Positions 1 through 64,000 of a stretch of 64,000 nucleotides of DNA are shown here, one piece after another. Position 1 is the stretch's first letter, and each line of letters opens with the position of its first letter. The DNA is from Lama glama. Its lineage: Eukaryota. The stretch covers positions 93,126,001 through 93,190,000 of the forward strand of contig CM052816.1 of NCBI GenBank assembly GCA_028534125.1. The letters are read 5' to 3'. The position numbers and the translations under genes were made by a program. Below the pieces are notes generated by a model. That model was not told the DNA's origin, ran no database searches, and saw nothing but the letters and a program-made list of their open reading frames with translations.

Positions 1-954
1 GCTAGGAATGGAAATTTTATTTTCATGAGAGCAAAGATAGTTCCCTTTCACAATCCTTTTCCCCCTTAGATTTCATCCAGAGACGCTTAACAGTAAAATG
101 AAAATTTAAAAGTACTGTTTATATTGTATCATTGGTCTCTTACTGAAGTTGTGGGGTAGCTTTCTAGATTTGTGTGGACAAATACTATTCGTATAGGGTT
201 GTAGTGATCATCCTTCCCAGAGCACCCATTAGTTCAGAAAATACTTAGAACTGCCCTTGGTGCTGAAAATGCAAAAGTGGACAAGTCAGATGGAGTTCAT
301 ATTTTAATCATACATATATAAGTTTCAGTGCAGAATTTTCTACACGGAATATGTTGTGTAAGGACACCATTTCCAGCCAATTATAATGTTTTACAGAAAG
401 GAAATATGTAGCCTATAGGGTAAAATTTGTGTATATTAACTAGTAGCATACAAACCACAAAGTGAATGAAGTTAGGAGACTGGATTCATGCACCAACTTC
501 ACGGATAAAGAAGCACAGAAATCCAGATATTTAAGATGGTCTATTGTAGGAAAACCTGATTGTAATGTTAATATTACAGGCCACTTTACAAAAAGATTAG
601 AGTGGTGAACTCTGTGAGGTATCTGGCATTAGTGTTTTAGGTCAAAACCAGACATTGTGTGTGCTTCCTACAGAATAGTTATTGACCCTTCTTTGCCTGT
701 GTCCCCTAATATGTTTAATTTTCAAAATTTCTTCACATATGGAAGTTGTGGCATTAACTTGGCTTATTTTGGCCTTGAAAATATTTCCAAATGAGTCACT
801 TTCCTGAGTCCTTTTCTATAAATAAAAAACTAAGTTTCCTATCATGTACATGACATACATGAGAACTAAGTTTGATATCCAAATACTTTGAGCTCATGAA
901 ATTTGTATGCAAACACTTCATTTATTTTATGTTTATTTTAACGTGTTGTTTCAG

Positions 955-63616
<62,662 letters not shown>

Positions 63617-63723
63617 GTTAGTGTGGTGGAAATGTTTATGTCAGAGTTTCTGGTTTGCTCTGTGTATGTGTGTGTTTATTTATTTACACTCTGTGCTGTT
63701 TGCTGTCTCTCTACTGGATTGAA

Positions 63724-63756
63724 CCCAAAGTTTGCCCAAAGTTTGTCCAAAGTTTG
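63724..63756. repeat. 3 x 11-bp tandem repeat (C/T)CCAAAGTTTG
   Basis: Directly visible. Confidence 0.85.
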
Positions 63757-64000
63757 AGGATTTTTGAAAGGTTGTGCTCTTTCTCATTTGGCAGCTGATT
63801 TTTTTTTCCCCCGCCAGAGTGTGATTACCAGAGAATGAGATCTTCAGTCTGTACTCCTTGGGTTTATTTACAGAAATTTCAGTGTTTTCAGTGTGGTGGA
63901 AAGCTTTGTCTCAGTTGGTCCCCAGGCAAGTTCTGGGATGTCGCAGGAGGGCACTGAGGTTTTCATCTCTTAGATAGCATTTGTGTTCTTTTTCAAGGGG

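Overview
Eukaryotic (mammalian) genomic DNA lying entirely inside one gene: the axonemal outer-arm dynein heavy chain DNAH5 on the + strand. I resolve 30 consecutive GT-AG exons (955..63616). They total 5,317 nt (~1,772 codons), have fully compatible phases and contain no stop or frameshift. They encode the end of the tail/linker and AAA1-AAA4 (Walker [33 protein letters not shown]) and correspond approximately to human exons 26-55 (numbering from memory). The introns are a typical eutherian repeat archive: L1, L2, MIR, MaLR/ERVL LTRs, hAT and Tigger MITEs, and microsatellites. They also hold tRNA-derived SINEs and L1 3' ends resembling camelid families, so the source is probably a camel, alpaca or llama (inference). 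Most ORF-track ORFs are exon read-through or repeat noise. I found no evidence for a new gene system. The most interesting observations concern splicing and local sequence evolution: (1) an L1 inserted into the polypyrimidine tract 4 nt from an exon, with the target-site duplication rebuilding the acceptor; (2) a CpG-island-like coding exon with a NAGNAGNAG acceptor; (3) a CpG-rich patch of old repeats; (4) a 395-nt pure pyrimidine tract ending in CAG.
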